Source: Haliotis cracherodii
Lineage: Eukaryota
DNA length: 64,000 bases
Reading direction: 5' to 3'
NCBI RefSeq assembly: GCF_022045235.1
Contig: NW_027266275.1
Span: forward strand, 76,942,001-77,006,000
The notes under the pieces are model-generated. The model saw only the letters and a list, made by a program, of their open reading frames with translations. It was not told the origin of the DNA and did not search any database. Below, one piece after another: positions 40,501-49,850 of the stretch. The position numbers and the translations under genes were made by a program. How positions within the stretch are numbered: the first letter of the stretch is position 1; every line of letters starts with the position of its first letter.

Positions 40501-43239
40501 AACGAAACTCAAGTACAGTTTCCACTAATATACAATTCCAAGACTAGTGCTATGACTTGTACATGTACTAGTTATTTGATAAAAGATAATTTCAAATGCT
40601 TTTGGCTACCTACAATATTGTCTTGACTTCTTGATTTTACCACTGGCTACCTTGAAAAAAAATAAATACTTGTAGCCCTATGGCTTTGAGGCCTGAACAT
40701 TAAAGGTTAATTTGTACAAAAATCCTTCCTCCTCAATCTCAGTTTGAAGTAGGTTCACTACATAGTGCTGTACTGTATGTTTGACTTTAATGTAAATGCA
40801 CTGAAAATGGTGTACAGAGCCATGATCGGGCTCGTACACTCAAACATTTTGGCACAGACTGGCAGAGCTATTAAGGATTCTTGTACATAAGTTCCAATTT
40901 CAAAGACAAAGACAGCATTTAATTTCCAAAAACTATTACTGCATGAAATCTGATGACATTGGCAGTAACTAATTATATGGGCACTCTACCAATGTAACAA
41001 TCACGGTACTTGTCTTCTTTCATGAATTATCTCCCTTGCTATGGATTTCTTTCTCTATCTGCAAGTCGAAGAAACGCCAGTAAAATGTCTTTGAGTGGCC
41101 ACAACATGGTTTCAATCCACCTTTGCTCATTGAGTATTTACATCAATGTTTTTAATTTTACAATCCATCAAACTTAATTTCATACAATGTAACTTTGGTT
41201 TTGTGGTTGCTATAAACATTAAAAAAGGTTGTTTTTTTCTGAATTTGGCACAAAAAAATACAATAAACAACTAAAAAGTGTTCTCGTGACTAGCAAAACA
41301 AAGACTTGACTCTTCACAGGTACAATTTACACTTTGTCATCACTTAGCTGTTTTGTCAGGCTACTGTCATTGGTATCATGAGAATCGTCTCATGTAATCT
41401 TGTCACGCAATCCCGTGATAGCAAGTGTAAGGGTAACGTGACAATCTGATGCCATACCTCAGGTATGCTGCCTTGATTACTGGTAAAGCTAGGATGAAAA
41501 AGGATTTATGTGAATTCCGCAGTTACAGTGTTGATGCTGTACTGATTGGGGTGAATATTGATCCCCGCTTATCAAGCCTGACACTTAGTGAGGTTCACTA
41601 ATCTGTAAGAAAAATGTGTATTGTGGGGAGCGAACTGGGTCTAACAGTATTCAGCAACATCACATTTTATTTCAGCAGGTGAGGTTACTGATCCTGCTAA
41701 CTTATGTGACTCCATTATGAATGTCTCGGCAGTATTCCAGCTGTGTCATGTGCATGTACATGACTGAATCTGGGTGAGGTGAGGTGAAATTGGGTTTAAC
41801 GTCACGTCCAAGATTATTGCACTTGTATAGCGACGTGCATGCACGTGTGTGTGTGTGGCTGCTTGTACTAGTCTGGACTAATGCCGATTTATAGTGCTAG
41901 CTCACTGAGATACCATGCCGCAGTTTAACATGAATATCCCACTCAGTCACAGTATACTGACTCCGAGCCGACCAGTCCTTGTTTTAGCCCCTTAATGCCG
42001 AGCGCCAGACAGGGTAACAACAAGTACCATCTTTAAATGTTTTTTGGTATGATGCGGTCGAGGATCGAACCCCGGACCTTCCGCTCTCCGGGGGGAAGCT
42101 CTACCACTAGACCACGGAGGCGGTCTGCTTTATTGTGTTAGCCCACTGAGGTACCATGCTGCAGTTTACCATTGGTACCTCAGACACAGTACTACACTGA
42201 CTGTGACCCGACCAGTCCCGTCCTTGTTCCATCTCCTTACTGCTGATTGCCAGGACAAATTAACTATGGTATTATGAAAAAATTTGGAGGTCCTTAACAT
42301 CTTTTGAGTCATATATGTTACTCATGTGCGTGCATGTTGATTGTATGTAAACACTCTGTCACTGTAGTCACATAGTAAAGTTGAAAATAGATTAGTTGTA
42401 TCCTGTCACGAGACGTCATGTGACAGGATGTTATCTTCTTAGCTTGTGGGAATTTTTTTATATATTGTGTTTTTATATGTATAACATATGTCTCTTGTCA
42501 GATAGTGTTGATGGTGGGAATGTACAGAGTAAAGATGTAGGCAATACAGCAATATAAATTGGCACTAGTCCGGTAGTTCTTGCCAAAGTGCCCAATAGTG
42601 AAGGTATCATAAGGACTAGTAGAAATTTGTCACTTTTGAGGGTTTTGGTGTGGACTAATTACACAAAATTTGTTACTTGTGTCAATTTTATATCATATTA
42701 GTTTTAACTGTTTCCTCCTATTGCAGGGACAAAACTTTAATGCTTTAAACAACATTGAACCCCTGAAACAACATCCACAAAGAATCAGCTCAATTCATCA
42801 ATCAGGAGAAGTTAAGAAGAAGTCGTATTAAGCCCTTTAATTCCAGTTCTGGAACACCTCTGCTACTATTGTATTTGAATCTACGGAACCCCAAATCTTT
42901 CATGCTTAACATAAGGGTTATGACAAGGACACTCCATGCTTAATTGTGATCACTGGGCATCACAAGGGTCTGTAGAACTTTGGGCCTGTTAGGGCGTGTC
43001 CACGTATGTTATCACCAGTCCTGCCAATAAACGTTTTAGATGCATCCCTGGAAGTTCAACGATCGAAGTCCCACCTTTTTGACATACTGAGCAGCATCTT
43101 CTTCTTTGTAGACCTCGGCGCTGACGGCGCCACGTCTCGCCCGCTTCGTCATGGCGGGATGTGGGGGTGTGCTAGACATGTCATCTTCCTTCTCATCACT
43201 AGGGGGCGTGGCCGACTTCTGCTTCTCTTTCACCTGTTC
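2009..43239 (-). CDS. PRKAR1: cAMP-dependent protein kinase type I regulatory subunit, 10 coding exons in window, 5'-partial (D/D exon not seen): join of 43075-43239, 37322-37413, 23650-23711, 21905-21951, 11493-11591, 7651-7710, 5760-5820, 5258-5379, 3351-3432, 2009-2181
   Basis: Manual splicing at GT-AG sites gives one continuous 320-aa frame containing the RRGAV pseudosubstrate (Ala at the P-site, so type I), phosphate-binding cassette [15 protein letters not shown], cassette [15 protein letters not shown] and the C-terminus [10 protein letters not shown]. All intron phases are compatible. Confidence 0.97.
3351..3432 (-). CDS. PRKAR1: PKA-RI exon ([27 protein letters not shown])
   Basis: ctgtag|GGT ... 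G|gtaagt, 82 nt. Confidence 0.95.
3490..3760. mobile_element. Degraded DNA-transposon-like fragment with recurring ccggcatctattagag-type submotifs
   Basis: Short motif recurs several times; no terminal inverted repeats resolved. Confidence 0.3.
5258..5379 (-). CDS. PRKAR1: PKA-RI exon ([41 protein letters not shown])
   Basis: gacag|AG ... GAG|gtaaga, 122 nt. Confidence 0.96.
5760..5820 (-). CDS. PRKAR1: PKA-RI exon ([20 protein letters not shown])
   Basis: tttcag|GGA ... G|gtaaga, 61 nt. Confidence 0.95.
5880..6365. mobile_element. Non-autonomous DNA element beginning with a long (about 60-bp stem) palindrome; Crypton-like by resemblance
   Basis: Imperfect inverted repeat 5880-5940 / 5958-6018; CpG-richer body ending ccaatcag...ggtatgacaaa. 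Family assignment is from memory of mollusc repeats. Confidence 0.45.
6410..7646. repeat. 25-bp minisatellite (gagtacaatggttgtaacagtgatg), about 50 units with shorter variants
   Basis: Tandem array abutting the donor of exon 7651-7710; explains ORFs 6311-7698. Confidence 0.95.
7651..7710 (-). CDS. PRKAR1: PKA-RI exon ([20 protein letters not shown])
   Basis: ttccag|GCC ... ATG|gtgagt, 60 nt. Confidence 0.95.
8125..8148 (+). repeat. G24 homopolymer
   Basis: Direct reading. Confidence 0.95.
10263..10424 (-). mobile_element. tRNA-derived SINE with (ACTC)n tail, full length, target-site duplication (TSD) tgcaactatgtta
   Basis: A box TAGCCTAGTGG, B box GGTTCAATTCC; 13-bp direct repeats at 10250-10262 and 10425-10437. 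Confidence 0.9.
11220..11295 (-). mobile_element. 5' fragment of short retroposon lacking a tRNA head (GACCCGTGAAG...GGCGACTA family)
   Basis: Matches 47685-47760. Confidence 0.7.
11312..11485 (-). mobile_element. Degraded copy of the same retroposon, starting just after the exon 11493 donor
   Basis: GCAACCTATGCTTGTCGTAAGAGG and CTGGTTTGTCTGGTCCCGACTC motifs shared with 47587-47759 and 36778-37007. Confidence 0.65.
11493..11591 (-). CDS. PRKAR1: PKA-RI exon with cAMP phosphate-binding cassette A ([33 protein letters not shown])
   Basis: tttcag|ATC ... AAG|gtgagt, 99 nt. Confidence 0.96.
11750..11883 (-). mobile_element. tRNA-derived SINE, internally deleted and degraded
   Basis: Similar to other copies; B box missing. 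Confidence 0.75.
12153..12330 (-). mobile_element. tRNA-derived SINE, full length, TSD ggcgctc(t/a)atga
   Basis: A and B boxes, Asp-like anticodon loop (GTC), (ACTC)n tail, 12-bp flanking repeat with one mismatch. Confidence 0.9.
13065..13152 (-). mobile_element. 3' fragment of tRNA-derived SINE
   Basis: gcttttagcaatatcccagcaatatcatggcaggggac core. Confidence 0.7.
15322..15456 (-). mobile_element. tRNA-derived SINE with B-box deletion, TSD gacccctggagga
   Basis: Perfect 13-bp direct repeats at 15309-15321 and 15457-15469. Confidence 0.9.
21905..21951 (-). CDS. PRKAR1: PKA-RI exon ([16 protein letters not shown])
   Basis: caccag|GT ... GAT|gtaagt, 47 nt. Confidence 0.95.
22505..22780. repeat. 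Expanded (GAGT)n microsatellite, probably derived from a SINE tail
   Basis: About 275 bp imperfect GAGT, followed by ttggtttaatgctgcttt like the SINE 3' end. Confidence 0.9.
23650..23711 (-). CDS. PRKAR1: PKA-RI exon ([22 protein letters not shown])
   Basis: ttttcag|T ... G|gtgagt, 62 nt. Confidence 0.95.
24145..24306 (-). mobile_element. tRNA-derived SINE
   Basis: A and B boxes, tail, small internal deletion. Confidence 0.88.
25950..27880. repeat. 26-bp minisatellite (catatagaacaagcatggaggacaac) with 23- and 25-bp variants, about 75 units
   Basis: Tandem array; explains ORFs 25787-27856. Confidence 0.96.
30209..30288. repeat. Near-perfect palindrome: 38-bp stem, 4-nt loop, one mismatch
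   Basis: aatctcaccctcgtgtctttgatatcaaatatatcaac-tcgt-gttgatatatttgatagcaaagacacgagggtgagatt. Confidence 0.9.
31480..32200 (+). mobile_element. Helentron-associated (pearl/HINE-like) element: three diverged ~170-bp core repeats followed by a ggac/agac microsatellite seed
   Basis: aaatcaaact...ctcctat(t/a)ggta...ttataggtc recurs at about 31728, 31900 and 32065; ggatggacagacgga follows at 32173. Confidence 0.55.
33005..33290. repeat. 15-bp minisatellite (gcataagtgacaaga), about 19 copies
   Basis: Direct tandem copies. Confidence 0.95.
33928..33984. repeat. (GAGT)14 microsatellite with adjacent SINE-like remnant
   Basis: Direct reading. Confidence 0.9.
34877..36201. mobile_element. Non-autonomous piggyBac-like element (about 1.3 kb) in a TTAA target site
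   Basis: TTAA|ctctttcaacacc ... ggtgttaaaagag|TTAA: 13-bp terminal inverted repeats with one mismatch; AT-rich body retaining CpG; no transposase ORF. Confidence 0.7.
36778..37007 (-). mobile_element. Short retroposon lacking a tRNA head, with (AAAC)n tail, degraded full-length copy
   Basis: Homologous to 47587-47759 and includes the middle segment missing there. Confidence 0.75.
37322..37413 (-). CDS. PRKAR1: PKA-RI exon ([30 protein letters not shown])
   Basis: ttttcag|GTT ... AG|gtaggc, 92 nt; not in the ORF track, read manually. Confidence 0.95.
37507..37547. repeat. (TA)n microsatellite, about 20 units
   Basis: Direct reading. Confidence 0.95.
39486..39987 (-). mobile_element. Rearranged tRNA-derived SINE (39756-39987, TSD tttgatagcatgagt) within GAGT/GGGT-rich simple repeat
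   Basis: 15-bp direct repeat at 39741-39755 and 39989-40003, third copy at 39611; middle of the SINE replaced by simple repeat. Confidence 0.8.
40197..40695. mobile_element. Putative hAT-like MITE, about 500 bp
   Basis: caagcctcaaag ... ctttgaggcctg inverted termini (12 bp, one mismatch); no clean 8-bp TSD. Confidence 0.4.
41772..42125 (-). mobile_element. V-domain SINE (RUDI-like), full length
   Basis: tRNA head (TGGTCTAGTGG ... GGTTCGATCC) then CATACCAAAAAACATTTAAAGATGGTAC...TGGCGCTCGGCATTAAGG, which resembles the V-SINE domain; (TCACC)n tail. Confidence 0.8.
42126..42270 (-). mobile_element. Older degraded V-SINE fragment adjacent to the full-length copy
   Basis: cactgaggtaccatgctgcagttt...ccgaccagtcc repeats 41903-41980. 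Confidence 0.65.
43075..43239 (-). CDS. PRKAR1: PKA-RI linker/inhibitory-site exon (EQVKEKQK...[24 protein letters not shown])
   Basis: Acceptor tttcag|GAA, donor AAG|gtggga, 165 nt, phase 0/0; contains RRGAVSAE. Confidence 0.95.
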
Positions 43240-43826
43240 CTGAAACACGAGAGGCATTATTCAGACATATGTTTAGAACAGACATTTATATTCGAAATGT
43301 TGGAGTTGAACCCATACCCGCAAACAAGGGTACAGTTAATAACTAAAGAGTGAGAGAGTGATTATTGATTTGCAACGCTTTAATCAATAATGCTGCACTA
43401 TAGAGATGGGCTTCACACACTAAGGAAACCAAGGGTAACAGTTGGGGCCAATCTGGGATTCAAACCCAGAACCATCAGATCCTGGCAGGAAGGAAAGAAA
43501 ACTCTGCACAGCAAGATACAGGCGTGTAGACCACTGGCCCAACTCCTAAAACGTACGTAACCGAGTGACTGTATTCATTACATATCCAAACATTCAGCAA
43601 GATGGACACAAGGTCTCATGCAACAATCCAATATGCCTGCATCAGTCTCGATCTTCTGAGACTGATGACATTCTCAACTAGGACCCAGCTGAGACGAAGG
43701 TCAGGATACAAAGTACTATTCTCCAGGTGATTCTCCAGGAACAAAGTAGTAGTGGACACATGACAGGTAGAAGAAGAACAAAATATAAACTTTCCATCAT
43801 TCAATAACACAAGTTTAAACATCATG

Positions 43827-43834
43827 TGACGTCA
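43827..43834. promoter_or_regulatory. Full CRE palindrome TGACGTCA, intronic
   Basis: Exact motif about 590 nt upstream of the linker exon; function untested. Confidence 0.35.
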
Positions 43835-45752
43835 AGGCAGTTAGTGACAAGCAACAAAAGTCAGAGTTGCTAGAAGCACTGAAGCAGGAGCAGGAGCATG
43901 GAACTTGCGAAAACACCCAGTAATGTTTTTGTTGCATTGAGATTTCCAGTAACGATAAATGCTAAATAAATGGTCTTGGCCAACTACAGATCCATAACAA
44001 ATACTGCCCATCCTACTTCACTCAGCCAACAAGCCCTCCATACACAAGAAATCCAACACTGTTTAATACAAATACTTGCGGTCATCACATCCATTTCTCA
44101 CAGATCCTCCTCCTCACAACAGACACAGAGGACATTCTATCCAGGAGTGACAAACACCTCCACAGCAACAATCACATTCGCTTATATAACTGACCCATCT
44201 CGACAACCCCTGAATGGAGAGCATGTTTATCAACACAGTACACCTCCACACTGACCAGACCTGCAGGCGGTGCAGCTTCAGGTACACACTCCCTCAACTG
44301 ATCTCCACCCATCTTACCATGTAAGTCTCCTCCCTGTGTGTGTACCTGTCAGTTGGGGCAGCGGTCACTGATAACACCTTGATTAATGTGTGGGTGGGTG
44401 GATGCCTGACATGCTGGTTGCATTACCTGTGACAGGAGCCCTTAATCAGACCGGTGATCAACAGCTGATATGTCAGCCTCGCTGATAGGAACACCTCCGT
44501 TACAGGTCACACCTGATCCAGGGCATTGTATAGCTCCTGGGGATGTGATCTGATGGGAGAAGACATGAAGTAACACTGGCGGCCCTTGCACTAATTGTCC
44601 ACGTCAGACATCACGGCTCCCATCATTGTGGTCAGTAAAGCCTATTTACTTTATCAAATTCAACGTGATATTATTGATATAATGTAAGTTTTATCGAACT
44701 TTCATACAACTCTTCAAAATAAGCTAAGACCCTGCAGTATTGTCTGTGTTGCAAACAAAACTGTATTGTGTGTGGTGACTGCCCCTGGCTATCCCCCTTG
44801 AACCAGGACTTGACTAATCTCCATCCTATTGTGAGTTGTTGATCTCCAGCCAGACAGTGCCGCAAATCTTCAATGAATGTTTATTACTCATGTGTAACAA
44901 TTTTCTGTGTTATTCTTTACTTCGAATCAAAGAACTGTCCTTTGTTGCCCATGACAACTGTGTAATGGCCAGCCATCAGCATAGGGAGTGTAACACTTTT
45001 TGTACAAGAAGTGAAATAGCTTCCATGGAGGAGTTTGTCCGAGGTGCTGTCTACTCAGCCTGTCACCAGGGGTGGGGGGTGGGGGGGTGGGTGAGTAGAC
45101 AGAACCTCAGACAAACTCCTCCATGGAAGCTATTTCGCTTCTTGTGCACACAGTGTTACACACACTCCCCCCACTAATATCCCAAGTTGACACTATGATG
45201 GTTACTAGGGCAGAACCTGTATTGGCCTAATCCTGCAAACTTGGACAACAAATTAAAGCCATTTTAAACTTAATTTTCATCATGTCCATTTACATTTTTT
45301 CTTCATCATTCGTTACTATTGATGAAAGGGTACCTACTCCGAAATGTTGTGTTCCTCATAATTAAGAAGTTGACATATTTAAATTCTCCTTATTCCTTAC
45401 TATTGCCTAACAAATCATTTCCTAATGAAATGGAAATAAAATGTGGATATTGATTACCTATAACCTATTGCTAACGTAATGCCATGTGATCAAATACAAA
45501 TTATTCTCTCACCTATTTTCTCTTGAAAAAACCAAACCACACTCACGCCATACAAGGGGAGTAACTCTTACACCACTACAGCTCTTTTTCACCCCTCAGT
45601 AGTCATAGTGTTAACTTTACATTAATCAATCCAACACAAACTGATCAAATATGAAAAATATGATCTTTGAGTGGCACGTAGAACATGGATTTACTGTGAA
45701 AGAGTGAATATTTTAAAGTTACAATCTGTACCAACCTTAAACCTCTATCTCT

Positions 45753-46037
45753 TTCAACATTCATGATATGTTTCTCAGAGAAGCACTGGGGGAGACCTAA
45801 CCAATGAACATTCAACATTCATGATATGTTTCTCAGAGAAGCACTGGGGGAGACCTAACCAATGAACATTCAACATTCATGATATGTTTCTCAGAGAAGC
45901 ACTGGGGGAGACCTAACCAATGAACATTCATGATATGTTTCTCAGAGAAGCACTGGGGGAGACCTAACCAATGAACATTCAACATTCATGATATGTTTCT
46001 CAGAGAAGCACTGGGGGAGACCTAACCAATGAACATT
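45753..46037. repeat. 58-bp tandem repeat, 5 copies (one 7 bp shorter)
   Basis: ttcaacattcatgatatgtttctcagagaagcactgggggagacctaaccaatgaaca. Confidence 0.93.
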
Positions 46038-46045
46038 GAGAACAT

Positions 46046-46308
46046 CAGACTTTTTACATTCATATTACAATATCCTACTACGTTAGCCTACCTCCATCTT
46101 GAATAGTCTCAGAATCAAGCAACATCCAATACCAAACTTTTTTCATTCATATCATATCCTACTACGTTAGCCTACCTCCATCTTGAATAGTCTCAGAATC
46201 AAGCAACATTCAATACCAGACTTTTTACATTCATATCATATCCTACTATGTTAACCTACCTCCATCTTGAATAGTCTCAGAAACAAGCAACATTCAATAC
46301 TAGACTTT
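46046..46308. repeat. 84-bp tandem repeat, 3 copies
   Basis: atatcctactacgttagcctacctccatcttgaatagtctcag at about 46070, 46154 and 46238. Confidence 0.9.
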
Positions 46309-47586
46309 CAGAAGTCAGGAGACAGGTTTGTCACCTCAATGTTTCCATGTCCTGACAAAACCCAATCATAGCCTTGCTTTTAGGCTCTACTGAATGCTGA
46401 GTCCATTGGTGTATAGTAATAATAGGCAAGTCTAGATATGTGGACAGTATAAGGGCAAGTCTAAGGACGCCAGTCTCTTATGGGGACAACTTGTTCTTAT
46501 AATTTATGCAATCTAGAAATTATGATTTAAACTAATAATTATTGCCTTAGAGAGTTGTGCAAGTCTACCCTATCATATTAGAGAAACCAGGCACCACACA
46601 CCGCCAACACTCTTGGCTGAAGTTTCAGGAATATATCTAACCCTTCGGTTACGGCTGGTAATCTGAGTATAACACGACAAATATGTGTTTCACATATCTT
46701 TATATTTGAATTTAAAATATTAGAACTGTAAGACTGAAGTGACAATATTGACCATGTTATCACTGGTCTTGCTTTGTAAAGGTTCATTTAAGTGCCTCTG
46801 GGTTTATGAATCGAGAGTAACATGAAACAGACTGCAAGTCAGACTACAAGTTGATCATGTTCTCAACATGTTGTGTCGTTTTTAGTACAGAGATGATTAT
46901 CCTGCATCCTGCTGATCTTCAGGAAGTTTGCACTCCTTGATATGTTGATTGTGTTCCTTCTTGTTCTTTCAATATGCATGATCATGCTACACTGAAATAT
47001 ATACCTCTCAAAACAAGAAAAGAACACACGCTTGTTTCATAGTACTGTAATTAATCGTATGGCACACCATGTTCTGTAACTTGTTTGAGCTGCATACATC
47101 CTGCTACACATATCCCCACCAACAACACAGTGCGTTCACTACAATATATGCCTGTAGCCGGCTGGACATGTGACTGTGATGAAGGTCATGGCTGTGCCAC
47201 AACAGCTGGAACCATTACTGATCCATCAACTGCAATATTACCACTTCATATCAAACTTACCCTAATAGATTTCTAAATATGCAAACAATAAACGTTTCAC
47301 ACAATCAAACCATGACATCAGCAAATTCATGACAAAATATTAACAGATAATTTTTGCCAATACATGCCATATGTGCTTGTAGATAGTTGTAAACAGAGAA
47401 TATCAGAATGTTTCTATTCTATTAGCAGCTTCAGGTGTAGAATTCATCATCAGATTCAAACTACCACATGTCTTAAATCTCATCACAAATAAGATCAAAA
47501 CTGTTTCATTAAGGATTCATTCTGACGATGAAGAATCCTGTTGAAATAAAATCACTAAACTTAAAACTGGTATCAAAACAGCTCTG

Positions 47587-47759
47587 TTTGTCTGTTGTTT
47601 CACACTCAGCAATATCCCAGCTATATGACGGCGGTCTGTAAATAATCGTGTCTGGACCAGACAATCCAGTGGTTAGTCACCTTTTACAACAAGCATAGTC
47701 GCCTTTTACGGCAAGCATGGGTTGCAGAAGACCTATTCTACCCCGGATCTTCACAGGTC
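47587..47759 (-). mobile_element. Short retroposon lacking a tRNA head, TSD caaaacagctctg
   Basis: Perfect 13-bp direct repeats at 47574-47586 and 47760-47772; (AAAC)-like tail; shares the ATATTGCT 3' module with the tRNA SINE. Confidence 0.85.
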
Positions 47760-49139
47760 CAAAACAGCTCTGACAAGCCAAGGCAACACCATAGACGTCA
47801 GGAGCACCCATGAGTGGGTGTCCTATCCCAGTTACATCTAAGTGTACCTTCATTGTGAACTGGAGAGAGTACTCCCTTTACACCCATCGGGACATGGCTG
47901 CGGCTGCTGCTGCTTCAATGAAGGCCTTTCTCCCACTCACAAGTTTAAAACATAGACTCGCTCACAGTCTCCACTAAGCAAAAAGCTCATACACAATACT
48001 TTTGTTACTATGTATAACACAATCTCCAATGACCCTCCAGCTATTTAATATATGTACCAGTTCTACATTGTCCTAAGCTGTAAATACCATACCGTTTGTT
48101 TTCAAATATCACAAAATCAATATTCTTAAAGATACTGAGTTTCTTTAGCAAGTCTATACACCAATATACACACTGCTACTACTCAAGTTGTAGCATCTTT
48201 TTAACCTTGTAGCACCCATAGTGATCTACAAAACATGCCAGGCGGTAATAGGTTGTTGTGTTGGTGTTTGTATTTTTACCATAGAGCTTCCATTACCGAC
48301 CTCCACTTCTCCCTTCCCATGGCTACTCTTGAATTGTTCAAGTAATCCCACAAATAGACTCTCAACTTCATTGTTTCCTTGTGTTGTGCAACATAGTTTT
48401 TTTTAAACAATCCAACAAAATATGAGCCAAAACACCCATCACATTTTAAGGTGAAATGTTAAGTTAAGATAACAGTAGACACTCTTGGCAGTGAAATAGT
48501 GTATAAGTGACATTAGTATTTTCCCTTTAACCAAATATCCGATTCCAGTCGTTCAATTATCAGTTAGTCCAGATGACTTTACAACACTGTTTTAATGACA
48601 GTCTGGTAGTATTAATAAGGGCACAGACAGATTGGGAGAATTAGATGCCATATAATATTACATGTTATTAAATTCCACCACATTTGACATTTTATGTTTT
48701 CTGCAATTATAGTTCTTGAAATATGACACCCATAACATTAACAGCAATTACCAAGATAAGCCTACTTAGGTAAAAGAAGACAGCTCATAAGATCAGACAG
48801 TGAAAACCTGTTAACAAAAATGTCAGTACACACAAACCATCATTACCGATTCAACACATTATCCTGACACTGTAACACATTTTCCTATCTCCTCCTTAAC
48901 AGAAATGATTGCATGAGAATGTCGAAAGCATATTGTTAGTAACTGATGTCCTGTGAGGACATCCATGGAACTTGCTGCTGTCTGAGCACAGGAACATACT
49001 CCAGCCATCACAGTACAGCACCAGATGTTCTTACAGTACTTGAAATGGTGACCATTTTTTGTATGATATCACAGACTTGCACAGACTTATGATGGTCAGG
49101 AGGTATTCAGTGTGTCATTACTGGTAGGGGAGAATGCGT

Positions 49140-49850
49140 AATATCCTGCTGAATTTGCATGGTTATACTACATATCCTGCTGAATCAGCATAGTTGTATT
49201 ACATATCCTGCTGAATCAGCATAGTTGTATTACATATCCTGCTCAATCAGCATAGTTGTATTACATATCCTGCTGAATCAGCATAGTTGTGTTACATATC
49301 CTGCTCAATCAGCATAGTTGTGTTACATATCCTGCTGAATCAGCATAGTTGTATTACATATCCTGCTCAATCAGCATAGTTGTATTACATATCCTGCTCA
49401 ATCAGCATAGTTGTATTACATATCCTGCTGAATCAGCATAGTTGTATTACATATCCTGCTCAATCAGCATAGTTGTGTTACATATCCTGCTCAATCAGCA
49501 TAGTTGTGTTACATATCTTGCTCAATCAGCATAGTTGTATTACATATCCTGCTGAATCAGCATAGTTGTGTGAAATAGCCTGCTCAATCAGCATAGTTGT
49601 ATTACATATCCTGCTGAATCAGCATAGTTGTTACATATCCTGCTGAATCAGCATAGTTGTATTACATATCCTGCTCAATCAGCATAGTTGTATTACATAT
49701 CCTGCTGAATCAGCATAGTTGTATTACATATCCTGCTCAATCAGCATAGTTGTATTACATATCCTGCTCAATCAGCATAGTTGTATTACATATCCTGCTC
49801 AATCAGCATAGTTGTGTGAAATAGCCTGCTGAATCAGCAAAGTTGTATAA
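49140..49850. repeat. 31-bp minisatellite (acatatcctgctgaatcagcatagttgtatt), about 22 copies
   Basis: Direct tandem copies with g/c variant units. Confidence 0.96.

Noticed and set aside
45315-45375. Hammerhead ribozyme-like motif (ttgatgaaagg...ccgaaatgttg) of Penelope type
   Set aside because: Core is TTGATGA rather than CTGANGA and stems I and III could not be formed; at most a decayed relic.
45753-49850. CRISPR-like arrays
   Set aside because: Repeats are head-to-tail without unique spacers, in a eukaryotic intron, with no cas genes.
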